Assembly: GCA_022340345.1 (NCBI GenBank)
Contig: JAJDOE010000129.1
Location: 1 to 55,740 of the forward strand
Direction of reading: 5' to 3'
Length of the DNA stretch: 55,740 nt
Source of the DNA: Gammaproteobacteria bacterium
Lineage (GTDB): Bacteria; Pseudomonadota; Gammaproteobacteria; HyVt-429
The notes beneath the pieces were generated by a model. That model was not told the origin of the DNA. It did no database searches and was given only the letters and a program-made list of their open reading frames with translations. Of the stretch, positions 1 through 11,030 are shown piece after piece. Both the position numbers and the translations under genes were made by a program. Position 1 is the stretch's first letter. The number at the start of each line of letters is the position of its first letter.

Positions 1-2
1 TC

Positions 3-1055
<1,053 letters not shown>

Positions 1056-1081
1056 GCCGGTCCTGACCGGGCTACCCGCAC

Positions 1082-1927
1082 ATGCCGCGTGAGCACGTTG
1101 CTCGCCAGCCGTTTCCAGCCCTACGCTTCGTTCTGCTGATCGCCCTGTCCGTCGCCGTCATGGCGCTGGACAACCGATCGCACTACCTGGTGGGTGTGCG
1201 TTCGGTGTTGTCTGTCGTGCTGTACCCGTTGCAGAGCATCGCGGCCTGGCCGGAAGCGATTGCCGATTCCGGACATCGCTGGTTCGGTGAGCGCAGCGAA
1301 CTGGCGCACGAGAACCAGCGGATCAAGGAAGAGCAATTGTTGCTGAAAGCGCGCCTGCAGCGGATGGTGGCGCTGAAGGCCGAGAACCTGCGGCTACGGG
1401 AGCTGCTCGGCGCGGCGGAGGCCGCCGCGGACGAGGCGCTGGTGGCGGAAATCCTCGAAGTCAGCCTGGAACCGTTTACCCAACGTGTATTGCTCGACAA
1501 GGGCGCCAGCGACGGGGTACGGGAAGGCCAGCCGGTGATCGACGCGGATGGTGTCATGGGACAGGTGGTGCGGGTCACGCCGTTTCGTTCCACCGTGATC
1601 CTGATTACCGACCCGTCCCACGCCATACCGGTATACGTAAAGCGCAATCACCTGCGCGGTATCCTCTACGGCACCGGATCCCAGTACGTGCTGGATCTGC
1701 CGCATATGACTCCCATGAGCGACGTGCGTTCGGGTGACGAACTGGTGACCTCCGGCATGGGCGGGCGCTTTCCCATAGGCTACCCGGTGGCCAATGTCAC
1801 TACGGTGCGCGCGGACCCCAACGAGGCCTTCCTGCAAATCCAGGCGACGCCGCTGGCGGGTCTGGATCGCTCCCGGCAGGTGTTGCTGGTGCGTTCCCGT
1901 CCCGAGTCGGGGCTTGGCGATGAGTAG
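1082..1927 (+). CDS. mreC: Rod shape-determining protein MreC
   Basis: 281 aa with an N-terminal TM segment, the coiled-coil 'ENQRIKEEQLLLKARLQRMVALKAEN', and a C-terminal beta-rich domain ('GQPVIDADGVMGQVVRV'). It lies between mreB and mreD. Confidence 0.9.
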   Translation: MPREHVARQPFPALRFVLLIALSVAVMALDNRSHYLVGVRSVLSVVLYPLQSIAAWPEAIADSGHRWFGERSELAHENQRIKEEQLLLKARLQRMVALKAENLRLRELLGAAEAAADEALVAEILEVSLEPFTQRVLLDKGASDGVREGQPVIDADGVMGQVVRVTPFRSTVILITDPSHAIPVYVKRNHLRGILYGTGSQYVLDLPHMTPMSDVRSGDELVTSGMGGRFPIGYPVANVTTVRADPNEAFLQIQATPLAGLDRSRQVLLVRSRPESGLGDE

Positions 1928-2429
1928 TTTCGTAACCCGCCGCACGCGGCGCTCGCGTTTTCGTTTCTTTGCCGTGCCGCTGACGTTTGTGGTGGCCTTG
2001 GTGCTGATGGCGGTTCCGCTGCCGGATTGGGCGCTGCACTGGCGACCGGATTTCGTATCGATGGTGCTTATCTACTGGTGCCTGGCGTTGCCGCACCGGG
2101 TCGGGTTGGTAAGTGCCTTTGCGCTGGGCCTGGTGGTGGATGTCATGCATGGCGGCCTGCTGGGACAGAACGCGTTGGCCAAGGTGCTGATTGCCGCAGT
2201 GGTGATCTGGATTCACCTGCGGATGCGCATGTTCCCGCTCTGGCAGCAGGCATTGGTGGTACTGGGCCTTATCTGCCTGCACCAGGCGGTGATGCTGCTG
2301 ACCTACAACTTCACGGGTGGCATCCAGGTCAACTGGAGATACCTGCTGCCGGCCGTCAGCAGTATGGTGTTGTGGCCCTGGCTGTTCATCCTGCTGCGCG
2401 ATTTGCGACGCGCCAGTGGAACCCGCTGA
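1920..2429 (+). CDS. mreD: Rod shape-determining protein MreD
   Basis: The ATG at 1920 overlaps the mreC stop (ATGAGTAG). The product is a 169-aa polytopic hydrophobic protein. The longer ORF from 1794 is Arg/Cys-rich and lies inside mreC, so I trimmed it. Confidence 0.85.
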   Translation: MSSFVTRRTRRSRFRFFAVPLTFVVALVLMAVPLPDWALHWRPDFVSMVLIYWCLALPHRVGLVSAFALGLVVDVMHGGLLGQNALAKVLIAAVVIWIHLRMRMFPLWQQALVVLGLICLHQAVMLLTYNFTGGIQVNWRYLLPAVSSMVLWPWLFILLRDLRRASGTR

Positions 2430-2431
2430 TC

Positions 2432-4294
2432 ATGGCCGACGTATCCATCCGCGACAGCTTTCGCGAATCCACGCTGGTGCGTGCGCGCCTGGTGACCGCG
2501 GGCGCGGTGTTGGTGTTGTTGACGCTGGTGTTGCTTGGGCGCCTTGCCTGGCTGCAACTGGCCCAGGAGCAGCGCTTTACCACGCTGGCTCAAAAGAACC
2601 GTATCAGCCTGATACCCCTGGCGCCGGTTCGCGGACTGATCTTCGATCGCAATGGCGTGGTGCTGGCGCGCAACTATCCGGTCTACACCCTGGAAGCCGT
2701 GCCCGACCAGGTGCGGGATATGGATGGCTTGCTGAAATCGCTGGGTGAACTGGTCGACCTGTCCGAGGACGACCTGCGGCGATTCAAGCGTTTGCGCAGG
2801 CGGCGATCCGGGTTCGAGAACCTGGCGATCAAGGAGAGCCTCAGCGAGGAGGAGGCGGCGCGTTTCGCGGTCAACCGCCATCGTTTTCCCGGTGTGGAGC
2901 TGCGTGCCCGTTTGCAGCGCCACTATCCCCTCGGAGCGCTGGGCGTGCATGCGGTGGGCTATGTGGGGCGCATCAGTGAGCGGGACCTGGAGCGTCTGGA
3001 CACCGCGCGCTACCGTGGCACGTCCTACGTGGGCAAGCTCGGAGTGGAGGCTTCCTACGAGGACACTTTGCTCGGTGCTCCGGGTTTCCAGGAAGTTGAA
3101 ACCAATGCCCATGGGCGCGTGGTCCGGGTGCTCAAACGCCAGCCACCGCGGGCCGGCCAGAACCTGCACCTGTCGCTCGACGCCGGGCTGCAGGCCGTGG
3201 CCGAAGCGGCCCTGGGAGATCACCGCGGTGCAGTCGTTGCCATCGAACCCGATACCGGCGATGTGCTCGCCCTGGTGAGCACTCCCACCTACGATCCCAA
3301 CCCCTTCGTTGACGGTATTGATTCCCGTTCCTACGCCGAGCTTCGGGATTCCCCGAACCGGCCGCTGCTCGACCGGGCGCTGGTCGGGCGTTACGCACCG
3401 GGCTCGACCGTAAAGGGTCTGATGGCCATTGCGGCCCAGGACAGTGGGCGCTCCCCGGCACGCACCACGTTTTGCCCCGGCTATTTCCGATTGCCGGGTC
3501 GATCCCACCGCTATCGCTGCTGGAAGAAGACCGGCCACGGGCACATGAACCTGCATGACGCCGTGGTGCAGTCCTGTGACGTGTATTTCTACCAGCTCGC
3601 CGCCGAACTGGGCATTGACCGCATGCACGACTTCCTGTCGGGGTTCGGGTTCGGCAAGCCTACCGGAGTGGATCTTCGCGGCGAATCCGCCGGCCTGATG
3701 CCATCGCGGGAGTGGAAACGACGAGAGCGGGGCCAGCCCTGGTATCCGGGGGAGACGGTAATCGCCGGCATCGGCCAGGGATACATGCTGGTCACTCCCT
3801 TGCAACTGGCTCAGGCCATGGCGGTTGTGGCCACAAAAGGCCACGCCAACCGCCCGCGCCTGGTTCGAGCACTGCAGCAACGCGGTGACCCACAGGAGGT
3901 GCCGCTGCAACCACACCCGCTGGAACCGCTGAAAATTCGTGCGCGATATTTTGACACGGCGATCGCTGCCATGACCGACGTGGTGCATGGTGCCCGGGGT
4001 ACGGCGCGGCGAATTGGGTATGACGCCCCGTACCGGATCGCTGGCAAGACCGGCACCGCACAGGTGATCGGTATCGCGCAGGACGCCCGCTACAACGAGA
4101 AACTGACCCCCGAGCATCTCCGCGATCACGCCTTGTTCGTAGCGATTGCACCCGCCGAGGCTCCGCGCATCGCCGTCGCGGTCATCGTGGAAAACGCCGG
4201 ACATGGGGGGAGTGTCGCCGCCCCGGTAGCGCGCAAGGTTATGGACTTCTTCCTCAACTCGGCCGACGCGGCGCAGGCCGCCCCCAGCGGATGA
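2432..4294 (+). CDS. mrdA: Penicillin-binding protein 2 (elongasome transpeptidase)
   Basis: The start 'MADVSIRDSF' is followed by a TM anchor. Active-site motifs 'GSTVK' (SxxK), 'QSCDVYF' (SxD) and 'KTGTAQ' (KTG) are all present. The gene has an ATGA overlap with rodA. Confidence 0.93.
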   Translation: MADVSIRDSFRESTLVRARLVTAGAVLVLLTLVLLGRLAWLQLAQEQRFTTLAQKNRISLIPLAPVRGLIFDRNGVVLARNYPVYTLEAVPDQVRDMDGLLKSLGELVDLSEDDLRRFKRLRRRRSGFENLAIKESLSEEEAARFAVNRHRFPGVELRARLQRHYPLGALGVHAVGYVGRISERDLERLDTARYRGTSYVGKLGVEASYEDTLLGAPGFQEVETNAHGRVVRVLKRQPPRAGQNLHLSLDAGLQAVAEAALGDHRGAVVAIEPDTGDVLALVSTPTYDPNPFVDGIDSRSYAELRDSPNRPLLDRALVGRYAPGSTVKGLMAIAAQDSGRSPARTTFCPGYFRLPGRSHRYRCWKKTGHGHMNLHDAVVQSCDVYFYQLAAELGIDRMHDFLSGFGFGKPTGVDLRGESAGLMPSREWKRRERGQPWYPGETVIAGIGQGYMLVTPLQLAQAMAVVATKGHANRPRLVRALQQRGDPQEVPLQPHPLEPLKIRARYFDTAIAAMTDVVHGARGTARRIGYDAPYRIAGKTGTAQVIGIAQDARYNEKLTPEHLRDHALFVAIAPAEAPRIAVAVIVENAGHGGSVAAPVARKVMDFFLNSADAAQAAPSG

Positions 4295-5391
4295 GCCGCC
4301 TGCGCAGCGTGCTCGCAGGTCTGCGCCCGAACGTGGACTGGCTGTTGCTGGTGGGCATCCTGATGTTGTTTTCCCTGAGCCTGCTGGTGCTGTACAGCGC
4401 TGGCGGCGAGGAAATCAGCGTGCTGCTCAAACAGGGACTCCGCATGGTCGCGGCATTGTCGGCGATGCTGGTTATCGCGCAATTCTCTCCCCAGGCCCTG
4501 CGCCGCTGGTCGCCGTTGCTGTTTCTGTTCGGCCTGGCACTGCTGCTGGTGGTGCTCGGTGTAGGGGTAATCGGCAAGGGGGCACAGCGCTGGATCGACC
4601 TGCAGTTGATTCGCTTTCAGCCGTCGGAGGTGATGAAACTGGCGGTGCCGATGGCGGTGGCCTGGCTGTTCGCCCGCCAGTCGTTGCCGCCCCGCATCGG
4701 CTCGCTGGTGGCCGCGCTGGCGTTGATTCTGGTGCCGACCCTGCTGATCGTGGCGCAGCCGGATCTGGGTACCGCGCTGTTGATTGCCGCCTCCGGTCTG
4801 TTCGTGGTCTTCCTGGCCGGAATCTCCTGGCGCTGGATAGGGCTGGCCGGTTTGTTGGCTGCGGCCGCGGCGCCGCTGGCCTGGACCCAGTTGCACACCT
4901 ACCAGAAACAGAGAATTCTTACCCTCTTTGATCCCTGGGTGGATCCGCTGGGGGCTGGATATCACAGCATTCAGTCCATGATCGCGGTGGGATCCGGCGG
5001 TATGGTGGGCAAGGGCTGGTTGCAGGGCAGTCAGTCCCAGCTGGAATTTATTCCCGAGCGGGCCACCGACTTCGTGTTCGCGGTGTATGGCGAAGAGTTT
5101 GGTTTGCTCGGGGCGCTGGTGTTGCTGGCCATCTACCTGTTCCTGTGTTTCCGCGGACTGGTAATCGCCAACAATGCCAAGGATAACTACTCCCGCCTGT
5201 TGGGAGGCAGCGTGGCGCTGACCCTGTTTCTGTATGTGTTCGTCAACATCGGCATGGTGACCGCTATGCTGCCGGTGGTGGGCGTACCGCTGCCGCTTAT
5301 CAGCTACGGGGGAACCTCCATGGTGACCCTCATGGCGGGCTTCGGTATCCTGATGTCCATCAACGCGGATCGAAAACTCATTTCTCACTAG
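4291..5391 (+). CDS. rodA: SEDS-family peptidoglycan glycosyltransferase RodA
   Basis: 366-aa polytopic membrane protein, FtsW/RodA-like ('GAQRWIDL..FQPSEVMKL', 'PLPLISYGGTSM'), translationally coupled to mrdA. Confidence 0.95.
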   Translation: MSRLRSVLAGLRPNVDWLLLVGILMLFSLSLLVLYSAGGEEISVLLKQGLRMVAALSAMLVIAQFSPQALRRWSPLLFLFGLALLLVVLGVGVIGKGAQRWIDLQLIRFQPSEVMKLAVPMAVAWLFARQSLPPRIGSLVAALALILVPTLLIVAQPDLGTALLIAASGLFVVFLAGISWRWIGLAGLLAAAAAPLAWTQLHTYQKQRILTLFDPWVDPLGAGYHSIQSMIAVGSGGMVGKGWLQGSQSQLEFIPERATDFVFAVYGEEFGLLGALVLLAIYLFLCFRGLVIANNAKDNYSRLLGGSVALTLFLYVFVNIGMVTAMLPVVGVPLPLISYGGTSMVTLMAGFGILMSINADRKLISH

Positions 5392-5399
5392 GTGCCCTG

Positions 5400-6389
5400 A
5401 TGCAACGCCTCATCGCCAGCATCGTACTGTTTTTCAGCGTGGCTGCTTTTGCCACCGCATCGGAATTTCCGGATTCGGCGAAGAAGGCGATGAACGTTTT
5501 CATCGAGGACATGCACACTCGCCATGGCTTCGATGCGGCCCAGTTACGGAATCTGTTTGCCCGGGCCAGCTGGCGGCCACAGGTGATCCGTGCACATCAG
5601 CGGCCTGCCGAATCGCTACCCTGGTTCAAGTACCGCCCGCGCTTCGTGGCAGAGAAAAGCGTGCGCGGCGGAGTGGAGTTCTGGGAGCAGAACCGCGATT
5701 TGTTGTTTCGTGTCACACAGCGGTACGGAGTCCCCGCCGAAATCCTGATCGCGATTATCGGGGTCGAGACCCGGTATGGCGCACACACCGGTGGGCACCC
5801 CGTACTCGCTACCCTGGCCACTCTTGGGTTTGGCTACCCGCGGCGATCGGAGTTCTATAGCCGCCAGCTCGAACAGTTCCTGTTGCTGTGCCGGGACGAA
5901 GGCCTGCAACCGCTGGCGTTGGAAGGGTCCTACGCCGGTGCCCTGGGCGTGCCCCAGTTCATCCCGAGCAGCTACCGGGATTTCTCGGTGGACTTCGATC
6001 ACGACGGGGTACGGGACCTGTTCGGCAGCCTCGGCGACGTGCTCGCCAGCGTTAGTAATTACCTCGTGCGCAACGGCTGGGACCGGGAGCAAACCCGGCG
6101 GGTGACACCGGCCTCTGCCGATGGCGGATACCGGGAGCTGCTGTCCGCCAGCGGCGAGCCGGACCACCGCGTGGTGGAACTTCGTGGCCGTGGTATTCGC
6201 GCCGGGCAACCGCTGGCGGATGACGACCGGGTCGCATTGATCGCGCTGGAGGGAGAAAGCCGCGAACAGTTGTACCTGGTACACCACAATTTTTATGTCA
6301 TCACCCGATACAACCACAGCCTCCTCTATGCCATGGCGGTCCACCAATTGGCGGAGCGGATTCGTGAGGAATTTCAACGCAGTTCGTGA
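5400..6389 (+). CDS. mltB: Lytic murein transglycosylase B
   Basis: Signal peptide plus the catalytic-Glu block 'EILIAIIGVETRYG' and 'GALGVPQFIPSSY', typical of MltB/Slt35. Confidence 0.9.
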   Translation: MQRLIASIVLFFSVAAFATASEFPDSAKKAMNVFIEDMHTRHGFDAAQLRNLFARASWRPQVIRAHQRPAESLPWFKYRPRFVAEKSVRGGVEFWEQNRDLLFRVTQRYGVPAEILIAIIGVETRYGAHTGGHPVLATLATLGFGYPRRSEFYSRQLEQFLLLCRDEGLQPLALEGSYAGALGVPQFIPSSYRDFSVDFDHDGVRDLFGSLGDVLASVSNYLVRNGWDREQTRRVTPASADGGYRELLSASGEPDHRVVELRGRGIRAGQPLADDDRVALIALEGESREQLYLVHHNFYVITRYNHSLLYAMAVHQLAERIREEFQRSS

Positions 6390-7182
6390 TCGTGGACTCT
6401 CCGTGGCGGTGTTCGCGCTGGCAGCCCTGCTGGGCGCCTGTGCATCGCCGCGGGATGGCGGCTACTATCAGGACGACGGCCCCCCGGCCGATGCGCCGCT
6501 AAACCTGGCCTCGGTGGCCGAGCCGGTACCCCGAGCCGAGCCCCGCAGTCGCTATGGCAACAATCCCTACGAGGTATTTGGCCGTACCTACCGGCCGCTG
6601 CGCGATGCCCGTGGCTACCGGGAACAGGGCACCGCTTCCTGGTACGGCAAGAAATTCCACGGAAAGCGCACCTCCAGCGGCGAGACTTATAATATGTATT
6701 CCATGACCGCGGCCCACCGCACCCTGCCGTTGCCAAGCTACGTCCGGGTGCGCAATCTCGCCAACAATCGCAGTGTCGTGGTGCGGGTCAACGATCGCGG
6801 GCCGTTTCATTCCAGTCGCCTGATCGATCTGTCCTATGCCGCGGCCCATCGCATCGGTCTGCTCGGCACGGGGACGGCGCGGGTCGAGGTAGTGGCCCTG
6901 GAGCCCGGCACCGGTGCGCCCGGTCCGGCGCCAGCGGAGTACGCGGCGAGTGGACGCATTTTCCTGCAAATCGGGGCCTTCGCCGACTGGAACACCGCGG
7001 AACGGGTACGTCGACGCGCTGCGGGAACCACCACCGTGCGCACCTTCGTGGACGTGGTGGAACGCGCCGGCCGGCCCCTGTACCGGGTGCGGATGGGACC
7101 GCTGGCTTCACAACAACTCGCGCAACGCGTCGCCCGGCAGCTGGCGGGCGCCGGGCTGACGTCCGACCTGATGATCGAGTGA
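6364..7182 (+). CDS. rlpA: Septal ring lytic transglycosylase RlpA (DPBB + SPOR domains)
   Basis: Lipobox-like 'ALLGAC', the DPBB block 'ASWYGKKFHGKRTSSGETYNMYSMTAAHRTLPLPSYVRVRNL..VVVRVNDRGPF', and a C-terminal SPOR-like 'IFLQIGAFADWNTAERV'. The start is uncertain: GTG 6364 is chosen, with in-frame alternatives at 6295 and 6328 that overlap mltB. Confidence 0.85.
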   Translation: MRNFNAVRDRGLSVAVFALAALLGACASPRDGGYYQDDGPPADAPLNLASVAEPVPRAEPRSRYGNNPYEVFGRTYRPLRDARGYREQGTASWYGKKFHGKRTSSGETYNMYSMTAAHRTLPLPSYVRVRNLANNRSVVVRVNDRGPFHSSRLIDLSYAAAHRIGLLGTGTARVEVVALEPGTGAPGPAPAEYAASGRIFLQIGAFADWNTAERVRRRAAGTTTVRTFVDVVERAGRPLYRVRMGPLASQQLAQRVARQLAGAGLTSDLMIE

Positions 7183-8303
7183 CCCGCGGCGCGCGGGGAT
7201 TGCTGTGGCTGGGTTTGGTGGCCTCGTTGGCGATGCCGGCACAGGCACGCCAGGCCCCCGGCGCCGGGCCGCCGCCCAGCATCGGGAATGCGGCCTGGAA
7301 CCTGCGTGACTATGCCAGCGGCTGGACCCTGGCGGAGCGCGAAGCCGGCGAGAAGACCCGTTGTGGTTTCTTCGAACTGGCGAGTCTGGGCGCGATCTTT
7401 CGGGAACTGGAGGCCCGGCGCCTGAATCTGGATGACCTGGTGCGGATACCGGAAACCCTGGCGGGCCGTGAACCCTATTTCTTTCGTGCCCGGGCCCGGG
7501 TGCCGCTACAGGAATTGTTACGGGCCCAGGTGGCGGCGCCGTCCCCGGAAATCGCGGATCTGCTTGCCGAGCACGTGGCCGGCGGTCGCGAGGCGTTCAC
7601 CACGCTGGTGCGGCGGTACCTGGTGGAGCGGGGTTTCCAGGGCCTGGGCTGGGATGCGGTCGGTCCGCGTGGCACCCTGAAGGACCTCACCGCGCTGGCC
7701 AACGACCTGGTGCGTACCTTTCCGGATTATTACGGCTGGTTTTCGTCCCGCCAGGTCACTGTCAATGGTATTACCCGGTATAGCAGCAACCGGCTGCTGT
7801 GGCAGAACCCGTTTGTGGATGGCCTGCTGACTGCAAACAGCGGCGCAACCCGTTGTTTGATCCTCTCCGCCAAGCGTGATGGAATGCGCGCCACCGTCGC
7901 CCTGGCGGTAACGGATGACGAGTTCGGGCCCGACGACGCGGCAGACCGGCTGCTGGGCTACGCATTTTCCAGTTTTTCCAGTCACCGCGTATACCGGGCG
8001 GGAGACCCCCTGCTGGAGGTCGGAGTGTGGATGGGTGAACAACCGCGGGTCGCGCTGGGACTCGCACGGGACGTGGACGTGGTACTGCCGCGAGGAACCG
8101 TGGATCGCCTGCAGGCCAACCTGAACCTGAGCGAAAGCCACCAGGCGCCGCTCACGGCAGGCCAGAAGCTGGGCTCGCTGACCCTGCTGTACGGCGAGGA
8201 GGTGGTCGGCGACTACCCGTTAGTGGCGCTGCAGGCGGTACCGGTCGGGAGCTGGTATCGGCAAATGCTGGACCGGTTTCGATTGTGGATCAGGAAGGAT
8301 TGA
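7179..8303 (+). CDS. PBP5/DacA-like D-alanyl-D-alanine carboxypeptidase homologue with SxxK, SxN and KTG motifs all absent (probable pseudoenzyme)
   Basis: Signal peptide 'LVASLAMPAQA'. It aligns by eye along its whole length with E. coli PBP5, including the C-terminal beta domain ('VWMGEQPRVALGL','VVLPRG','APLTAGQKLG'). The three catalytic motifs are replaced (see finding). GTGA overlap with rlpA and TGATG overlap with the next gene. Confidence 0.8.
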   Translation: MTRGARGLLWLGLVASLAMPAQARQAPGAGPPPSIGNAAWNLRDYASGWTLAEREAGEKTRCGFFELASLGAIFRELEARRLNLDDLVRIPETLAGREPYFFRARARVPLQELLRAQVAAPSPEIADLLAEHVAGGREAFTTLVRRYLVERGFQGLGWDAVGPRGTLKDLTALANDLVRTFPDYYGWFSSRQVTVNGITRYSSNRLLWQNPFVDGLLTANSGATRCLILSAKRDGMRATVALAVTDDEFGPDDAADRLLGYAFSSFSSHRVYRAGDPLLEVGVWMGEQPRVALGLARDVDVVLPRGTVDRLQANLNLSESHQAPLTAGQKLGSLTLLYGEEVVGDYPLVALQAVPVGSWYRQMLDRFRLWIRKD

Positions 8304-9154
8304 TGAAGAACGTCACGAGCATTTTCCTCAACGGTGAATTCCTGCAGGCGCGGGAAGCGGCGATCTCCCCATTCGATCGGGGTTTTTTGTTCGGCGACGG
8401 CGTCTACGAGGTCATCCCGGTTTACGGCGGACGAATCTTCCGTCTTGCCGGACACCTGCAGCGGCTCGAGGCCAGCCTCGCCAGTATCCGCCTCGCCAAC
8501 CCCTTTGATCGCAGTCGGTGGGCGGCGATGCTCGACCGGCTTGCGGACAGCGCCGGGGAGGGAACCCTGTATCTGCAGGTGACCCGCGGTGTCGCCCCGC
8601 GGGATCACCGTTTTCCGGACGTGGAGCCCACGGTGTTCGCCTACATGCAGGCAGCGGACCCGGAGCCCGGAATGCAGACGGCCTCGGCGATTACCCTGCC
8701 CGACTGGCGATGGACGCGCTGTGACATCAAGGCGGTTTCATTGCTGGCCAACGTACTCGCCCGCGACGAGGCAGCGCGTCAGGGCGGAAACGAGGCGATC
8801 TTTGTGCGCGACGGGCTGGTGACCGAGGGCGCCGCCAGCAACATCTTTCTGGTAGACGGCGGGCAGGTGATCACGTCGCGCCAGGACCAACGAATCCTGG
8901 CGGGCATTACCCGCGAGTTGCTGCTGGAACTGCTGCGCGGCGAAGGGATCGCGGTCAGCGAGCGGGATATTCGCGCCGGCGAACTGGCGACGGCGGAGGA
9001 GGTCTGGATGACCAGTTCCACCAAAGGTGTCATTCCGGTTGTCGGTATTGACGGTCGGCCGGTTGCGGGCGGCGAACCCGGACCATTGTTTGCCCGCGCT
9101 GCCGGATTTTACGCGGAGTTCGTCGCGCGTTTTCGTGCTGGTGAAGTCGAATGA
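8303..9154 (+). CDS. Class IV (D-amino-acid / branched-chain type) aminotransferase, D-alanine aminotransferase-like
   Basis: 'FLNGEFLQAREAAISPFDRGFLFGDGVYEVIPVYGG' and the PLP-Lys block 'RCDIKAVSLLANVLA'. The ATG at 8303 overlaps the upstream stop (TGATG). Confidence 0.85.
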   Translation: MKNVTSIFLNGEFLQAREAAISPFDRGFLFGDGVYEVIPVYGGRIFRLAGHLQRLEASLASIRLANPFDRSRWAAMLDRLADSAGEGTLYLQVTRGVAPRDHRFPDVEPTVFAYMQAADPEPGMQTASAITLPDWRWTRCDIKAVSLLANVLARDEAARQGGNEAIFVRDGLVTEGAASNIFLVDGGQVITSRQDQRILAGITRELLLELLRGEGIAVSERDIRAGELATAEEVWMTSSTKGVIPVVGIDGRPVAGGEPGPLFARAAGFYAEFVARFRAGEVE

Positions 9155-9411
9155 CGGTCACCGGTCTGCGGTTTCCCTGCCGCTTTGAGATCAAGGCGAT
9201 GGGACGCCGCCAGCCGCGCTTTGAGTCGTTGGTGGAATCCATCGTCGCGGCCCATCTGGATGGCGGCGAAGTGCTCGGCATGCAGCAGCGGGCCAGCCGG
9301 CACGGCAAGTACCTGAGCGTAACCTGCACCATCGAGGCCCGTGACCGGGAGCAACTGGACCGCATCTACCGGGACCTGTCGGCGCACCCGGAGGTGCTGG
9401 CGGCGCTTTGA
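9151..9411 (+). CDS. ybeD: DUF493 family protein YbeD
   Basis: 86 aa with 'FPCRFEIKAMG...YLSVTCTIEA..REQLDRIYRDL'. It sits in the conserved position upstream of lipB, with an ATGA overlap to the upstream gene. Confidence 0.85.
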   Translation: MTVTGLRFPCRFEIKAMGRRQPRFESLVESIVAAHLDGGEVLGMQQRASRHGKYLSVTCTIEARDREQLDRIYRDLSAHPEVLAAL

Positions 9412-10079
9412 GTGAACCATCGCGGCAGCTGACCGTGCGCCAGGCCGCCGCGCTGGTGGACTACCAGGCCTGCTGGGACGCCATGCGGGAGTTCACCCTG
9501 GCCCGTGGCGAAAAGGACCAGGACGAACTGTGGCTGCTGCAGCACTCGCCGGTGTATACCCTGGGCCTGAGCTGCCGCGAGGCGCCCGCGCGTCGCCGTA
9601 CGGACATACCACTGGTTTTCAGCGACCGCGGTGGCCAGATCACCTACCACGGACCGGGACAGTGGGTGCTGTACCCGTTGATGGACCTGCGCCGCCGAAA
9701 CTGGGGAATCAAACGGCTGGTGACGACTCTGGAGCAGGGGGTGATCGACCTGCTTGCGAACTACGGGATCCGCGGCCAGCGACGGGAGCATGCCCCGGGC
9801 GTATATGTGTCTGGCCGCAAGATCGCCTCGCTGGGCCTGCGGGTGCGCAACGGCTGCAGCTACCACGGCGTCAGCCTCAACGTGGCGCCGGATCTGGATG
9901 CATTCGCCGCCATCGATGCTTGCGGTTACCCGGACCTGGAGGTCACCGGGCTGGCTCGGCTGGGAGAATTCCCCATGCAAACCGTGGCCCGGGACTGGCT
10001 GAACGTCATGCTCGGGCTTCTCGACTATACTGCGGTCCGCTACCAGCCCCTGCGGCTGCCCGACCCCAAAGACACCTGA
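9408..10079 (+). CDS. lipB: Octanoyltransferase LipB
   Basis: '[13 protein letters not shown]','[11 protein letters not shown]','[20 protein letters not shown]'. The TTG start overlaps the ybeD stop and is uncertain. Confidence 0.92.
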   Translation: MSEPSRQLTVRQAAALVDYQACWDAMREFTLARGEKDQDELWLLQHSPVYTLGLSCREAPARRRTDIPLVFSDRGGQITYHGPGQWVLYPLMDLRRRNWGIKRLVTTLEQGVIDLLANYGIRGQRREHAPGVYVSGRKIASLGLRVRNGCSYHGVSLNVAPDLDAFAAIDACGYPDLEVTGLARLGEFPMQTVARDWLNVMLGLLDYTAVRYQPLRLPDPKDT

Positions 10080-10086
10080 GACGCAA

Positions 10087-11028
10087 ATGAACGATCCTCA
10101 TCGCAAGCAGAAGGGCGCCGACAAGACTGACCGCATTCCGGTCAAGGTCGAGGTGAGTGCGCAGCGGTTGCCCAAGCCGCGCTGGATTCGGGTGCGCGCC
10201 TCCAGCATGCCGGAGGTTACACGCCTGAAGGCACTGCTACGGGAACACAAGCTGCACACCGTGTGCGAAGAGGCTTCGTGCCCGAACCTGGGCGAGTGTT
10301 TTTCCCACGGGACCGCCACCTTCATGATCATGGGCGAACTGTGCACGCGCCGCTGTCCGTTCTGCGACGTGGGCCACGGTCGGCCGCTGCCCCTGGACGA
10401 GTCGGAGCCCGAGCAGCTGGCGGACGCGGTACAGTTGATGGACTTGCGTTACGTGGTCATCACCTCGGTGGACCGGGACGACCTGCGTGACGGCGGAGCC
10501 GGTCATTTTGCCCGCTGTATTGCCGCGGTACGGGCCCGGGTTCCCGAAATTACGATCGAGATCCTGGTCCCCGACTTCCGCGGGCGCATGGAAAAGGCCA
10601 TCGATGCGCTCTCCGGGCAGCCCCCGGACATCTTCAACCACAATCTGGAGACGGCGCCGCGCCTGTATAAATCCGTGCGGCCCGGCGCGGATTACGCGTG
10701 GTCGCTGCGGCTGATCCAGGAATTCAAGCGCCGTCATCCCCGGGTGCCGACCAAGTCCGGCATCATGGTGGGGCTGGGTGAGAGTGACGACGAAGTCATC
10801 GAAGTCATGCAGGACCTGCATGCCCACGACTGCGAAATGCTGACCATCGGCCAGTACCTGCAGCCGGGACCCCACCACCTGCCGGTGCAACGCTACGTTC
10901 GCCCGGAGCAATTCGAGGTGTACGCCAAACGCGCCCGTGAAATCGGGTTTCGCAACGTGGCCTCCGGACCGCTGGTTCGTTCCTCCTACCACGCGGACCA
11001 GCAGGCGGCGGACGCGGCCGTCATCTGA
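10087..11028 (+). CDS. lipA: Lipoyl synthase LipA (radical SAM)
   Basis: Cys clusters '[12 protein letters not shown]' and '[10 protein letters not shown]', and LipA-like along its full length. Confidence 0.97.
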   Translation: MNDPHRKQKGADKTDRIPVKVEVSAQRLPKPRWIRVRASSMPEVTRLKALLREHKLHTVCEEASCPNLGECFSHGTATFMIMGELCTRRCPFCDVGHGRPLPLDESEPEQLADAVQLMDLRYVVITSVDRDDLRDGGAGHFARCIAAVRARVPEITIEILVPDFRGRMEKAIDALSGQPPDIFNHNLETAPRLYKSVRPGADYAWSLRLIQEFKRRHPRVPTKSGIMVGLGESDDEVIEVMQDLHAHDCEMLTIGQYLQPGPHHLPVQRYVRPEQFEVYAKRAREIGFRNVASGPLVRSSYHADQQAADAAVI

Positions 11029-11030
11029 AC

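Noticed and set aside
2303-4204. Very long antisense ORFs: the 633-aa ORF opposite mrdA, and similar ones at 17954-19228 opposite amtB, 33817-35733 opposite mpl, 46585-47736 opposite pckA, 48694-49890 opposite the phrB 3' end, and 31637-32845 opposite srkA.
   Set aside because: Stop codons are rare in all frames of DNA this GC-rich. The translations are Arg/Gly/His/Gln/Pro-rich low-complexity strings with no recognisable motifs, whereas the sense-strand partners are clear full-length homologues of known proteins.
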